The notes beneath the pieces are model-generated. The model did not search any database, was not told the DNA's origin, and saw only the letters and a program-made list of their open reading frames with translations. A stretch of DNA of 64,000 nucleotides. It comes from a virus. The translations under genes and the position numbers were made by a program. The stretch's first letter is position 1. Each line of letters begins with the position of its first letter. Of this stretch, positions 45,006 to 53,450 are shown piece after piece. The stretch covers positions 1-64,000 of the IMG/VR virus record IMGVR_UViG_3300049830_000285; one strand, given 5' to 3'.

Positions 45006-45419
45006 ATGAACACACTATCAAAACAAATTACGCCACTCTTCTTTAATGAAGACACTCGACACAACTGCTACAACGAAGTCAAAAAGCATTGGCTTAAACT
45101 TCAGGCTAACAGTGAAGAGCATCCGCTCACACTTGCTCACCACATTCTTTACGCTATTTTGCGTGGAAAGGATTGGCGCAAGGCTTTCACACCAGTTAGT
45201 AACGAGGTAAAGCTCGCGAATGGTGCAAGAGCAGAACTTGCTTTAACAGAGGCACAATACAGTCTTAATGCCCGTCTTGACGTGTTTAATGACTTCGCAC
45301 CACTGATTGACCCGAAAACATGCGCTGAGCTTGTCAGAGCAGCTATACAAGGTCGAAGAGCGGGCGCGTATAATCCAGCCGCTATTGAAGATATGCTTCT
45401 AAGCAAGGCGGTGGCATAA
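45006..45419 (+). CDS. Hypothetical protein
   Basis: AGGAG RBS; HHILYAILRGK motif. Confidence 0.65.
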   Translation: MNTLSKQITPLFFNEDTRHNCYNEVKKHWLKLQANSEEHPLTLAHHILYAILRGKDWRKAFTPVSNEVKLANGARAELALTEAQYSLNARLDVFNDFAPLIDPKTCAELVRAAIQGRRAGAYNPAAIEDMLLSKAVA

Positions 45420-45445
45420 TGAGTCTGGATTTGTAGAACGAAAAC

Positions 45446-45745
45446 ATGTATATTTATGTTTTCGTTCGAACAGATATTCCTGTCGCTGACCAAATGGTTC
45501 AAGTTGGACACGTTTGTTATGAGGCTGGGCTAAAATTCAAAGCACAAGATGATACGTATTTAGTGCTCTGTCAGGTTGCTTCGCAAGAAGATTTACTTGA
45601 AGTTGAAATGAGGCTCAATAATTCTGGTGTAGAAACACATAAGTTTTTCGAGCCCGATGATGACATGGGGTATACAGCGCTTTGTACTCAGCCGATTAGC
45701 AAAGCAAATCGTAACTTGTTCCGAAGATATAAACTTTGGACATAA
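45446..45745 (+). CDS. Peptidyl-tRNA hydrolase Pth2-like protein
   Basis: YVFVRTDIP...QMVQVGH, FFEPD, YTALC pattern of phage Pth2-like proteins. Confidence 0.6.
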   Translation: MYIYVFVRTDIPVADQMVQVGHVCYEAGLKFKAQDDTYLVLCQVASQEDLLEVEMRLNNSGVETHKFFEPDDDMGYTALCTQPISKANRNLFRRYKLWT

Positions 45746-45796
45746 CAAAAGGAATAATGCTGCCGATTGGAGAAAAAATCTTTAATCGGTGGCATT

Positions 45797-46426
45797 ATGC
45801 GTTTATCCCTGGCAAAAAAACTTCTGAAAATAGCTAACGAACTCGACGCGCTCAGTTTGTATGAAGAAGCAAATTCCTTAACAAATATAGTGAGAGAAGC
45901 ACAAACTATGCCTGATATGTCTCAGACCCAAGCACCAACACAGCCATATCAACAGCCATATCAACAGCAACCTTGGACTGCTCCCGCCGCCGCACCAACA
46001 CCCTACAACGCTCCTCAAGCTCCCTACAACGCTCCATACAACGGTTATGCACAACAACAGAGTGGATGGTATAACCAACCTCAAATACCGCTGCCTCCGC
46101 AGAATAACGTAAATCCACAACAGACACAGCAACAACTGTTAAATATGCCAGCTAGTCCATTTACGGCAGTTAGGTTTGGGCCAGATGGTAAACCTCTTCC
46201 GCAACAAAGACAGCAGACAATGCAAGAATATGTAAACAACTATATCAAATCTATGCAAAGCAAAATGCAAGGTCAGGGTCAATCTGGCGCAAATAATACG
46301 ATTCAAAACGCTAGACAAATGCAGATTCAACAACGAAGAAATGAATTAGCTGCCGAAGATGCTCAATTGGCGTCAGAGCAATACAATCAAAATCTTGGTG
46401 ACGGACATCCAAAATTATATAAGTAA
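45797..46426 (+). CDS. Gln/Pro-rich protein with N-terminal shared helical tag
   Basis: LLKIANELDALSLYEEANSLT followed by VREAQ, then a low-complexity Q/P/Y body. Confidence 0.65.
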   Translation: MRLSLAKKLLKIANELDALSLYEEANSLTNIVREAQTMPDMSQTQAPTQPYQQPYQQQPWTAPAAAPTPYNAPQAPYNAPYNGYAQQQSGWYNQPQIPLPPQNNVNPQQTQQQLLNMPASPFTAVRFGPDGKPLPQQRQQTMQEYVNNYIKSMQSKMQGQGQSGANNTIQNARQMQIQQRRNELAAEDAQLASEQYNQNLGDGHPKLYK

Positions 46427-46828
46427 TTCAATCAGCATATCTTCGCCAACAATAGCGAATTGTTCAAAGGTAATATTTGGCACTTGAAATTCGACATTAC
46501 CCTTATCGTTTTTCCATATTTTACACTGGGATAGGTATTTACTTAGTGAAGTAACAATAAGTTCGCCAGCTTTTTTTCTCACTACGCCGAATGCACCGAA
46601 ACCAGCAATCGTGGCTTCTTTAATATTGATTTCGATATTACCATTTTCTAATGGATAAATCTGAAGGCGCATGGTTACAGCACCAAGTTTTAGATTTTTC
46701 TTAAAAGTGACATCTCCGTTTAAAGAGACATTCTGTTTCAAAATGTCAAGCGTTGGTATATATTTCGCATCAGTGAGTAACGCTGATAGCAAATCCACTA
46801 TTTCAGACTTGTTACATCGAATAATCAT
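46415..46828 (-). CDS. Hypothetical protein
   Basis: 137 aa, TAATG-coupled to the upstream small gene. Confidence 0.6.
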   Translation of the reverse strand: MIIRCNKSEIVDLLSALLTDAKYIPTLDILKQNVSLNGDVTFKKNLKLGAVTMRLQIYPLENGNIEINIKEATIAGFGAFGVVRKKAGELIVTSLSKYLSQCKIWKNDKGNVEFQVPNITFEQFAIVGEDMLIELLI

Positions 46829-47022
46829 TAGCCAGGTGTAATAATTACTTCAAGAATGACAGACGTATCTTTCGCAAGTGATTTTGTTAATTTAATGTCA
46901 CCTTCTATTGCGACCCCTTCAATGATTTGTTCCATTGCATCGAGTTTAACACCGGGGAACATCTGCTCAATCAATTTAATGATTTTTACAGGTTCGCTAC
47001 TTGACATTGTTAATTTAGCCAT
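46828..47022 (-). CDS. Small hypothetical protein
   Basis: 64 aa; AGGAG RBS within a CTCC-ATTA-GGAG mini-hairpin. Confidence 0.55.
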   Translation of the reverse strand: MAKLTMSSSEPVKIIKLIEQMFPGVKLDAMEQIIEGVAIEGDIKLTKSLAKDTSVILEVIITPG

Positions 47023-47105
47023 AATATACTCCTAATGGAGATTACACTCATTGGACAAAGTAATCCTTTTCCTCATATGTGAAAAATGTGGTAATATTTC
47101 ACATA

Positions 47106-47570
47106 ATGAACAAACTTATCATTATGCGAGGCTTGCCAGGTTCTGGTAAAAGCACCAAAGCGCAACTATTGGTTGGTGATGGTAAAATCTACGCTACTGA
47201 TGATTATTGGGGTGACGATTATGCTTTTGACCGAGCACGTATTGGAGAAGCACATGAATGGAATCAACAGCGCGTTCACGAGGCGATTGTTGCTGGCGTA
47301 AGTCCAATTGTTGTAGATGCGACAAATATGCAAATGTGGGAGATGCAACCTTATGTTGAATTTGCTAACGCTTTTAACTACGATATATCCTTCCATGAAT
47401 CAGATGCGCCTTGGAAATTTGATGCAGAAGAACTTGCACAGAGAAATCGACACGGAGTTCCTATTGAAATTATCAAGCAAATGTTGATGAATTGGGAGAA
47501 AGAACCAACAGTGGAAAAAGTTCTTGCAGCAGTTCGACCCAAGTTTGGTAGTTGGCGGGACGAAGAATAA
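47106..47570 (+). CDS. P-loop kinase (AAA_33 / N4BP2- and PNK-like)
   Basis: IIMRGLPGSGKST, ATDDY, VVDATN, RNRHGVP. Confidence 0.85.
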   Translation: MNKLIIMRGLPGSGKSTKAQLLVGDGKIYATDDYWGDDYAFDRARIGEAHEWNQQRVHEAIVAGVSPIVVDATNMQMWEMQPYVEFANAFNYDISFHESDAPWKFDAEELAQRNRHGVPIEIIKQMLMNWEKEPTVEKVLAAVRPKFGSWRDEE

Positions 47571-47584
47571 TCTTCATCGTCAAT

Positions 47585-47620
47585 AAAAGAGAGACAGCAA
47601 ATTCTACTGTCTCTCTTTTT
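47585..47620. terminator. Intrinsic terminator
   Basis: AAAAGAGAGACAG-CAAATTCTA-CTGTCTCTCTTTT. Confidence 0.85.
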
Positions 47621-47728
47621 GTATTAAGGTATTTTTAATGTCGCAAATTGCTCTTAAATAGTATAGGAATTTTTGAAATTCTACATAAATATTCCATAGG
47701 TGGTGCTACGAACACCACTTTTACTAAC

Positions 47729-48799
47729 ATGACAATAGCTCTATGCGGATTTTATGCTAAATACAATTTTGGAGATGACTTGATGGCTCATCATCTTTCC
47801 AGGGTGCTATCTGTTGACGACACACATACTGTTAGAATTTTTTCAGATAAAAGTCTTGATAATGTAGAAAATGGTATGGCGTCCAATGGTCATTTAGATT
47901 GTGATGTTATTGTTATCGGTGGCGGCGGAATCGTCAACAATGATTTTTGGGCATTCAAAAATGATGGATTGATAAAACTCAAAAATGCACAAAAGCCCAT
48001 CGCATTTGTCAATGTAAATATTACGAGCGAGATTTTGAAAGATTCACAACTGATTGAGGATTTAAAATCTCTAAAAGCCAAATGGTGGGTTAGAAATAGA
48101 CAATCTGTGGATATTTTAACAGAAATCGGCATCACAGCATCACTTGTGCCAGATATCAGTTTTAGGCCAGGTGTCGTAACGCCATATAATAAAATGGCTG
48201 GAAAGAAACAATTATCAGTATTCTTAAACAGTTATGTATTTAACGACTTGCTTCATAACGACAATGTAAATCAATTTGTTCAAGCATTGCATAACTGTCG
48301 AATTATAGCTCAATTTTGTGATTGGATGGCAACTTTTGGTTGGAATATAACGTTCTTTTCGGCTCACACAGCTAAGTATGTTGATGACCGAATTCCATCT
48401 GCCTTTGTCTTTGGAACGATGCAAAATAAAGATGCAGCTAAATGGGTTGCAGAACCATTGGCATGGGATGACTTGATAAGAGAAATAGCACACAGTGATT
48501 TGGTGCTATCTATGCGTTTTCACTCAACAACAACGGCGTTGGCAGCAGGAGTTCCGTGTGTAGACATTACTCATCATGCAAAGAATAAATCTTTGCTTGA
48601 TGAAATTGGCGCACTATGTATTTCGGCTGAATATTCTTCACTTACACACGAGGCTCTTGTAAAAGCAGCGCAATGTGCAGAAAACCCAACATCTCATGAT
48701 AATAGAGTAAAAGCTTATCGCTCTGAAGCTGCTACTCGTTGGGAGTTATTTGACCGAGAATGGAGCACATACTTAAACAATCTAGAAGGATTACAATGA
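47729..48799 (+). CDS. Polysaccharide pyruvyl transferase family protein
   Basis: CGFYAKYNFGDD, VIGGGGI, VRNRQS, VPDISF, SMRFHS motifs. Confidence 0.85.
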   Translation: MTIALCGFYAKYNFGDDLMAHHLSRVLSVDDTHTVRIFSDKSLDNVENGMASNGHLDCDVIVIGGGGIVNNDFWAFKNDGLIKLKNAQKPIAFVNVNITSEILKDSQLIEDLKSLKAKWWVRNRQSVDILTEIGITASLVPDISFRPGVVTPYNKMAGKKQLSVFLNSYVFNDLLHNDNVNQFVQALHNCRIIAQFCDWMATFGWNITFFSAHTAKYVDDRIPSAFVFGTMQNKDAAKWVAEPLAWDDLIREIAHSDLVLSMRFHSTTTALAAGVPCVDITHHAKNKSLLDEIGALCISAEYSSLTHEALVKAAQCAENPTSHDNRVKAYRSEAATRWELFDREWSTYLNNLEGLQ

Positions 48800-50214
48800 A
48801 CAACAACGACCACCACAACAAAGAAAATTTCTCAACAAAACTGCTAAGGGAAATGTGGGAATTTATATTTCACAAACACGATTCCCCCCATTGTGGTTGC
48901 CCTCCTCACTGCGGCGAACCCCCTCATTGTGGCGAACCCCCTCACTGCGGTTGTCCCCCTGACGGTGGCGGCATAAACATTGGTTGTGCTTTTGCTTTAT
49001 TTTTGTTTTGGTTTTGGCTGCCAGTGATGATGTTTGTTATGAAACTTGGAAGTAAATCAAATAAAAAAAAAGATGAAGAAATTAAAGTAAAGCCAAAAGT
49101 TGCTTTTATTAGTGTTTATAACACTCCATGCGGTATATCAACATACAACGAACAATTGATAAAACAATTGAGAAAGCATGCTGATGTTCATGTGTTCGCT
49201 GAATATGCCGATGATGAAAAAAATATCAGCATAGAAGGCGACCCCGATTTTGTAACTCGTTGTTGGAGTCGGACTGAGCACCCTAAAACAAAATTAATGT
49301 TTGCAGTGGATAACTGGAAACCAGATTTGATTCATTTTGGTCATGAATATGGTTTTTTTGCCAAAGCCTATTTGTTCACGTCTCTTGTTTCTTGGTTCAA
49401 AGCACACAAATATATTGTTATAGCAACAATGCATTCTATTTATGAGCACAGAGATAAAACTGTTCAAGAGGCGAGTGGTCAAATTATTATCACACATACA
49501 GAGTCTGGTAAAAAATGTCTAACAGATAAAGGAATAGACCCGTCTATTATCACCGTCATTCCACATGGCTCCAATGTTTTAGATGGTGATGCTGGTAATC
49601 CGAAGTTACTACCAGCACTCTGGAACACATGGCAGAACGAACATACAATTTTTCAACCCGGTTTTCTGTTTGACTACAAGGGTCATATTAGGATGCTTGG
49701 TGTGATAGCTGAGTTGAAAGAAAAATACCCAGATATTCATTACATTATTCAAGGTTCTGAAAACCCAAATAACATGAAGGAACACGACAGGGTATTTCAA
49801 CGATTAGTTTCAGAATGTAAACGATTGAATATAGAGGAAAACGTTACCATCAATCGAGGCTTTGTGAGCGAAGATGTATTGATGTCGTTTGTTCGCACCA
49901 CCAAAGTATGTGTTTTGCCATATATTAGCCATCCCGAGCACGATGTTTGCTCTACATCTGGTATTGCCAGAGTAGTAGTCGGGACTGAAATACCGCTAAT
50001 CACAACCAAAGTACATCTTTTTGATGATGTTGCTGGCATAGCCACTCAAGTAGGGAATGACCATGAACTGTATAATGCTATTGATGATGTATTTAGCAAC
50101 CCGCAAGCGCAAGGCGCTGCGAACAATGCTCGCGTGGAATTTTTGAAACAAACCAATTGGGATAATGTTGCAAAAATGCACTTTGACTTGTATACAAAGG
50201 TTATAAAGGGCTAA
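48796..50214 (+). CDS. GT-B glycosyltransferase (family 4-like) with N-terminal His/Cys repeat and TM helix
   Basis: PCGISTY, TMHS, IPHG, GFL..YKG, VLPY, SG..R motifs; hydrophobic AFALFLFWFWLPVMMFVM. Confidence 0.8.
   Translation: MNNNDHHNKENFSTKLLREMWEFIFHKHDSPHCGCPPHCGEPPHCGEPPHCGCPPDGGGINIGCAFALFLFWFWLPVMMFVMKLGSKSNKKKDEEIKVKPKVAFISVYNTPCGISTYNEQLIKQLRKHADVHVFAEYADDEKNISIEGDPDFVTRCWSRTEHPKTKLMFAVDNWKPDLIHFGHEYGFFAKAYLFTSLVSWFKAHKYIVIATMHSIYEHRDKTVQEASGQIIITHTESGKKCLTDKGIDPSIITVIPHGSNVLDGDAGNPKLLPALWNTWQNEHTIFQPGFLFDYKGHIRMLGVIAELKEKYPDIHYIIQGSENPNNMKEHDRVFQRLVSECKRLNIEENVTINRGFVSEDVLMSFVRTTKVCVLPYISHPEHDVCSTSGIARVVVGTEIPLITTKVHLFDDVAGIATQVGNDHELYNAIDDVFSNPQAQGAANNARVEFLKQTNWDNVAKMHFDLYTKVIKG
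48886..48957 (+). repeat. 4 x 18-bp coding repeat encoding PHCG(C/E)P
   Basis: PHCGCP PHCGEP PHCGEP PHCGCP. Confidence 0.9.
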
Positions 50215-50240
50215 AACATGAAATATTGTGTGGTGATGTC

Positions 50241-50675
50241 ATGAAAAGAAAAGAAGTTATTGCTACGTTGATTCATATTTCTGATGATTTAGATAGCATG
50301 GGAATGTTTGATGATGCAGATTCGCTAACCCGTTTTGCACAAGCTTGGGGCGAATTAGGGATGCACGATGTAGAATCGAATCCAGATAACGATGCCGCAG
50401 AGCATGGATTTATGGGCGAGCATCAATATGAACAAGAGCAAAAATTAATGAATGAAATGAACAATGAAGATGCATTGATGACTCTTGATGCACGCATTAA
50501 GGAACTTCAACATAAACCAGCTCCAACAATGGAAGAAATTCACGAATTAGAATCTCTGTTGGATTATCGAATGGGCGACGGATTTGATTCTTCAAATGTA
50601 TCTTCTCCGCACAAACACGATGAATCCGGTTTTGTCAATGAATTGCAAAACGCGGGCGCTAAAGTAATTAACTAA
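50241..50675 (+). CDS. Hypothetical protein with N-terminal shared helical tag
   Basis: LIHISDDLDSMGMFDDADSLT followed by RFAQ. Confidence 0.65.
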   Translation: MKRKEVIATLIHISDDLDSMGMFDDADSLTRFAQAWGELGMHDVESNPDNDAAEHGFMGEHQYEQEQKLMNEMNNEDALMTLDARIKELQHKPAPTMEEIHELESLLDYRMGDGFDSSNVSSPHKHDESGFVNELQNAGAKVIN

Positions 50676-50998
50676 GTGTTGATATCACCAAGACCAAGCC
50701 AAAAATCTTCATCGAAAGGTGGAGATTCAACACTTTGTTTTTCAGACTCTGATTGACTAAAAACTTGTTCATTTGTTGTGGTGTCAAATCGCAAATCTGA
50801 ATATTTTTCTTTTAAACTTGTCATCATGTCGGCGGTAGCGAGTTTAAAATCAGCATGAGACTGTAATGAAATACACAGCCAATTTATTAAATCTTTTTGC
50901 GAAAAATCAGAAGATTTTCTTGCTCTCATGCCGCGAATCATCTGCATTAATTCATTGGCTTCTTGTCTCATTTTATTAATTGCTTCTTTGGGTTCCAT
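50672..50998 (-). CDS. Hypothetical protein, last gene of the tail operon
   Basis: 108-aa ORF converging on the 50241 gene. Confidence 0.55.
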   Translation of the reverse strand: MEPKEAINKMRQEANELMQMIRGMRARKSSDFSQKDLINWLCISLQSHADFKLATADMMTSLKEKYSDLRFDTTTNEQVFSQSESEKQSVESPPFDEDFWLGLGDINT

Positions 50999-50999
50999 A

Positions 51000-51827
51000 T
51001 TAATCCGGTGGTCTATTTGGGTGTCCTATTGGAAAACGATTTTTCCATGTATCAAAATCAAATCCGCTACTATCTTTAATTTCTGGTATATCTATTACAG
51101 TGGTGGAATTGGACGAAACTTGTCTTTCAGTGTAAATACCCATTACGTCAGCTCGCGCCATTCTTACAATTTGCATTCTTTCCCAATCGCCAGCCGTGAT
51201 ATCTTTAAGCTCTTTTAAACTCAATGAACTCCAACCATCGCAAATAGCAATAGTTTCAGGAATAATAGAGGGAATAGGAACACCTTCCTGAGCTTGATTA
51301 TTCAGATATTTTATGGTTGCTTCATAGAGTTTTTGGGCCTCTTGCGTGGTTACACTCGTAATTGCTTTATATTTGTGCCACAGAGCATCTATTACGTCAT
51401 ATTGAAGGCGCTCTAGCACATAACCATCTTTGTTGAAAACAACATTCTGTGATTTTTCATCAGCTATCCAAACAATGGCTCGCGAAAGTGTGTGCCTTCG
51501 TTCATATTCTTCCGAATAATAATCAACATCATTATCTGTTGTGCGAAATGCTTTCAAATCAATATTCATAGCTGTTTGCCAATCTAATTCTGAAACACAA
51601 AAAACAACAATACATTTGTCGATTGGAATATCAAGCAAAAATTGATTATCTATAACATCTGGTAATGTTTTCAGCCATGCTTTGAAATCTAGCTGCATGA
51701 CGACTGGTTCTATTGCTTCAGGGGGTGCGGTAGATTCTCGCTGCAAATCAATAGGCTTGTTGGTTTGTGCCATCTTTGACCTACCAAGCATATTTTGCAT
51801 ATTTTTGATTACTTCTTGTTCATCCAT
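51000..51827 (-). CDS. Hypothetical protein, possible tail assembly chaperone
   Basis: 275 aa, coupled to the upstream tube-like gene. Function inferred from position only. Confidence 0.45.
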   Translation of the reverse strand: MDEQEVIKNMQNMLGRSKMAQTNKPIDLQRESTAPPEAIEPVVMQLDFKAWLKTLPDVIDNQFLLDIPIDKCIVVFCVSELDWQTAMNIDLKAFRTTDNDVDYYSEEYERRHTLSRAIVWIADEKSQNVVFNKDGYVLERLQYDVIDALWHKYKAITSVTTQEAQKLYEATIKYLNNQAQEGVPIPSIIPETIAICDGWSSLSLKELKDITAGDWERMQIVRMARADVMGIYTERQVSSNSTTVIDIPEIKDSSGFDFDTWKNRFPIGHPNRPPD

Positions 51828-53038
51828 TAGCTTTCTTCCGTATTGCCATCTTCGCTAGTATCTAAAATGACAGTTCCTAAATCAAATTCAGAAACTGGTA
51901 AATCGCTTGTTTTGAATCCCATTTGTATTGCATTGTCGGCTGCGCGAGCAATAAAGTTATACAAGTGATACCAACCCTGACCTGGAATTTGTTTAACAAT
52001 AGGTTTTTGCCATTCAATATTAGACATTGGGAATAAAAACGGCCCACCAAAATACATAGTTAAAGCGCCAGTGTCTGCATTGGTACTTGAAGTCCCCACC
52101 ATAATGGTGTGATTCCTGGAAAAATAGGAAATACTGCCGCTTACTTTACGATTTTTAATTTCAGCAAATCGCGGCCCGTCGGAATCACTATGAGCGCCTT
52201 TGTTACCAGTGAAAACAAAATCAACATCTTGCGTCATGGATAGTTTCATTTCTATAATTCGCATTGATGGTGATTCTTTTTCTAATTCATAAAATGGGAC
52301 TAAGTAGTCTTTCAAAGATTGTAAATCAGTAAAAATATCTTGGGCAGACATGCAATCAATCATACTTGCAGTCCTGTATGCTTGATAATCAGTGGTACCG
52401 CTGTAATCAATAGTGATGGGCGTCACGATATCCATTATTGGTGATTTAATAGCTTTACCACCAGCAAATTCAACATCAATATTTACGGGTGATAAACCAC
52501 CCTCTCCGCTGACAGAAAAAGAAACGCGCTTGAAAAATACCGGCCCGAACATATTTCTACTCAACAATGTAGTGCTCAACATCATTGGCATGGCTGGGAA
52601 CAATACACTTTGCCAAATAGCATATTCTGCGTCATATGTTTCTGCATTTTGATTACCATTAATATCAAAATTTGGTACAAGCGGGCTAAATTCAAATGAA
52701 CCAGTATAAACATGTGCAGTTGCATCGAGATAATTGAATGGCGACACGGTAAAAATGGTTGGTAGCGTTTTGTATAGTCCCTCGCCCTCATCATCATTAT
52801 AGGATTTCAGCCACATTTTGTTCCAAAATGGGTCGCCTTTCTTGATTTTTGAAAAAACACCACGATTGCCAAGTCCCCTTAAATCCCATGTGTATACTTC
52901 TCTAACAGCATCTGGATTATTTCGATATAATCCCGCCGTGACTTGATTCGGGTCGCTCCATATGCTGGAATCTTTTTCTGTCAGTGACATAACGAAGACA
53001 AGATTTTTAGATGCTGGTATGTGAGTAGTTGTTGGCAT
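51827..53038 (-). CDS. Tail tube-like structural protein
   Basis: Beta-rich; RKVSGSISY and GALTMYFGG segments shared with the 53451 gene. Confidence 0.45.
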   Translation of the reverse strand: MPTTTHIPASKNLVFVMSLTEKDSSIWSDPNQVTAGLYRNNPDAVREVYTWDLRGLGNRGVFSKIKKGDPFWNKMWLKSYNDDEGEGLYKTLPTIFTVSPFNYLDATAHVYTGSFEFSPLVPNFDINGNQNAETYDAEYAIWQSVLFPAMPMMLSTTLLSRNMFGPVFFKRVSFSVSGEGGLSPVNIDVEFAGGKAIKSPIMDIVTPITIDYSGTTDYQAYRTASMIDCMSAQDIFTDLQSLKDYLVPFYELEKESPSMRIIEMKLSMTQDVDFVFTGNKGAHSDSDGPRFAEIKNRKVSGSISYFSRNHTIMVGTSSTNADTGALTMYFGGPFLFPMSNIEWQKPIVKQIPGQGWYHLYNFIARAADNAIQMGFKTSDLPVSEFDLGTVILDTSEDGNTEES

Positions 53039-53433
53039 TATTCTTTTCCGCTTGTCATTTTAAGCCATTTTTTAGCTAAGGCTCGCACTAAAGTGTCGTG
53101 CATTTTGCCAACAATATGATTTTCTATTGGAATCATTTGATTATTTGAATCATACAAATTCCATTCTTTAAAAAATCTCAAAACAATAGAACGATAAAAC
53201 ACAGCTCGTCTCACTAAGGTGTCGCCGTTAATGTGATTAATGATAGAAGCATTTTCTAATATTCTTGACATATTATCAAAATCTCTTCCAATCACTGAAC
53301 AATTTAAGGTTTTAGCATTAACATCAGTATCATCTGGTAGCATGACAACTGCAATTAATTTACCTGATTTGTCAACAATGGATTTAAAATACACTGTTAA
53401 TTCAAATGGGTCATCGGAAACAAATACAGACAT
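53038..53433 (-). CDS. Hypothetical protein, possible tail assembly chaperone
   Basis: 131 aa with FFKEWNL motif; lies between the two tube-like genes. Confidence 0.45.
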   Translation of the reverse strand: MSVFVSDDPFELTVYFKSIVDKSGKLIAVVMLPDDTDVNAKTLNCSVIGRDFDNMSRILENASIINHINGDTLVRRAVFYRSIVLRFFKEWNLYDSNNQMIPIENHIVGKMHDTLVRALAKKWLKMTSGKE

Positions 53434-53450
53434 ATTATCCTTATACGTGT

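Noticed and set aside
51000-53433. Programmed -1 frameshift in tail assembly chaperones
   Set aside because: No convincing slippery heptamer with an overlapping downstream frame; the genes are simply TAATG-coupled.
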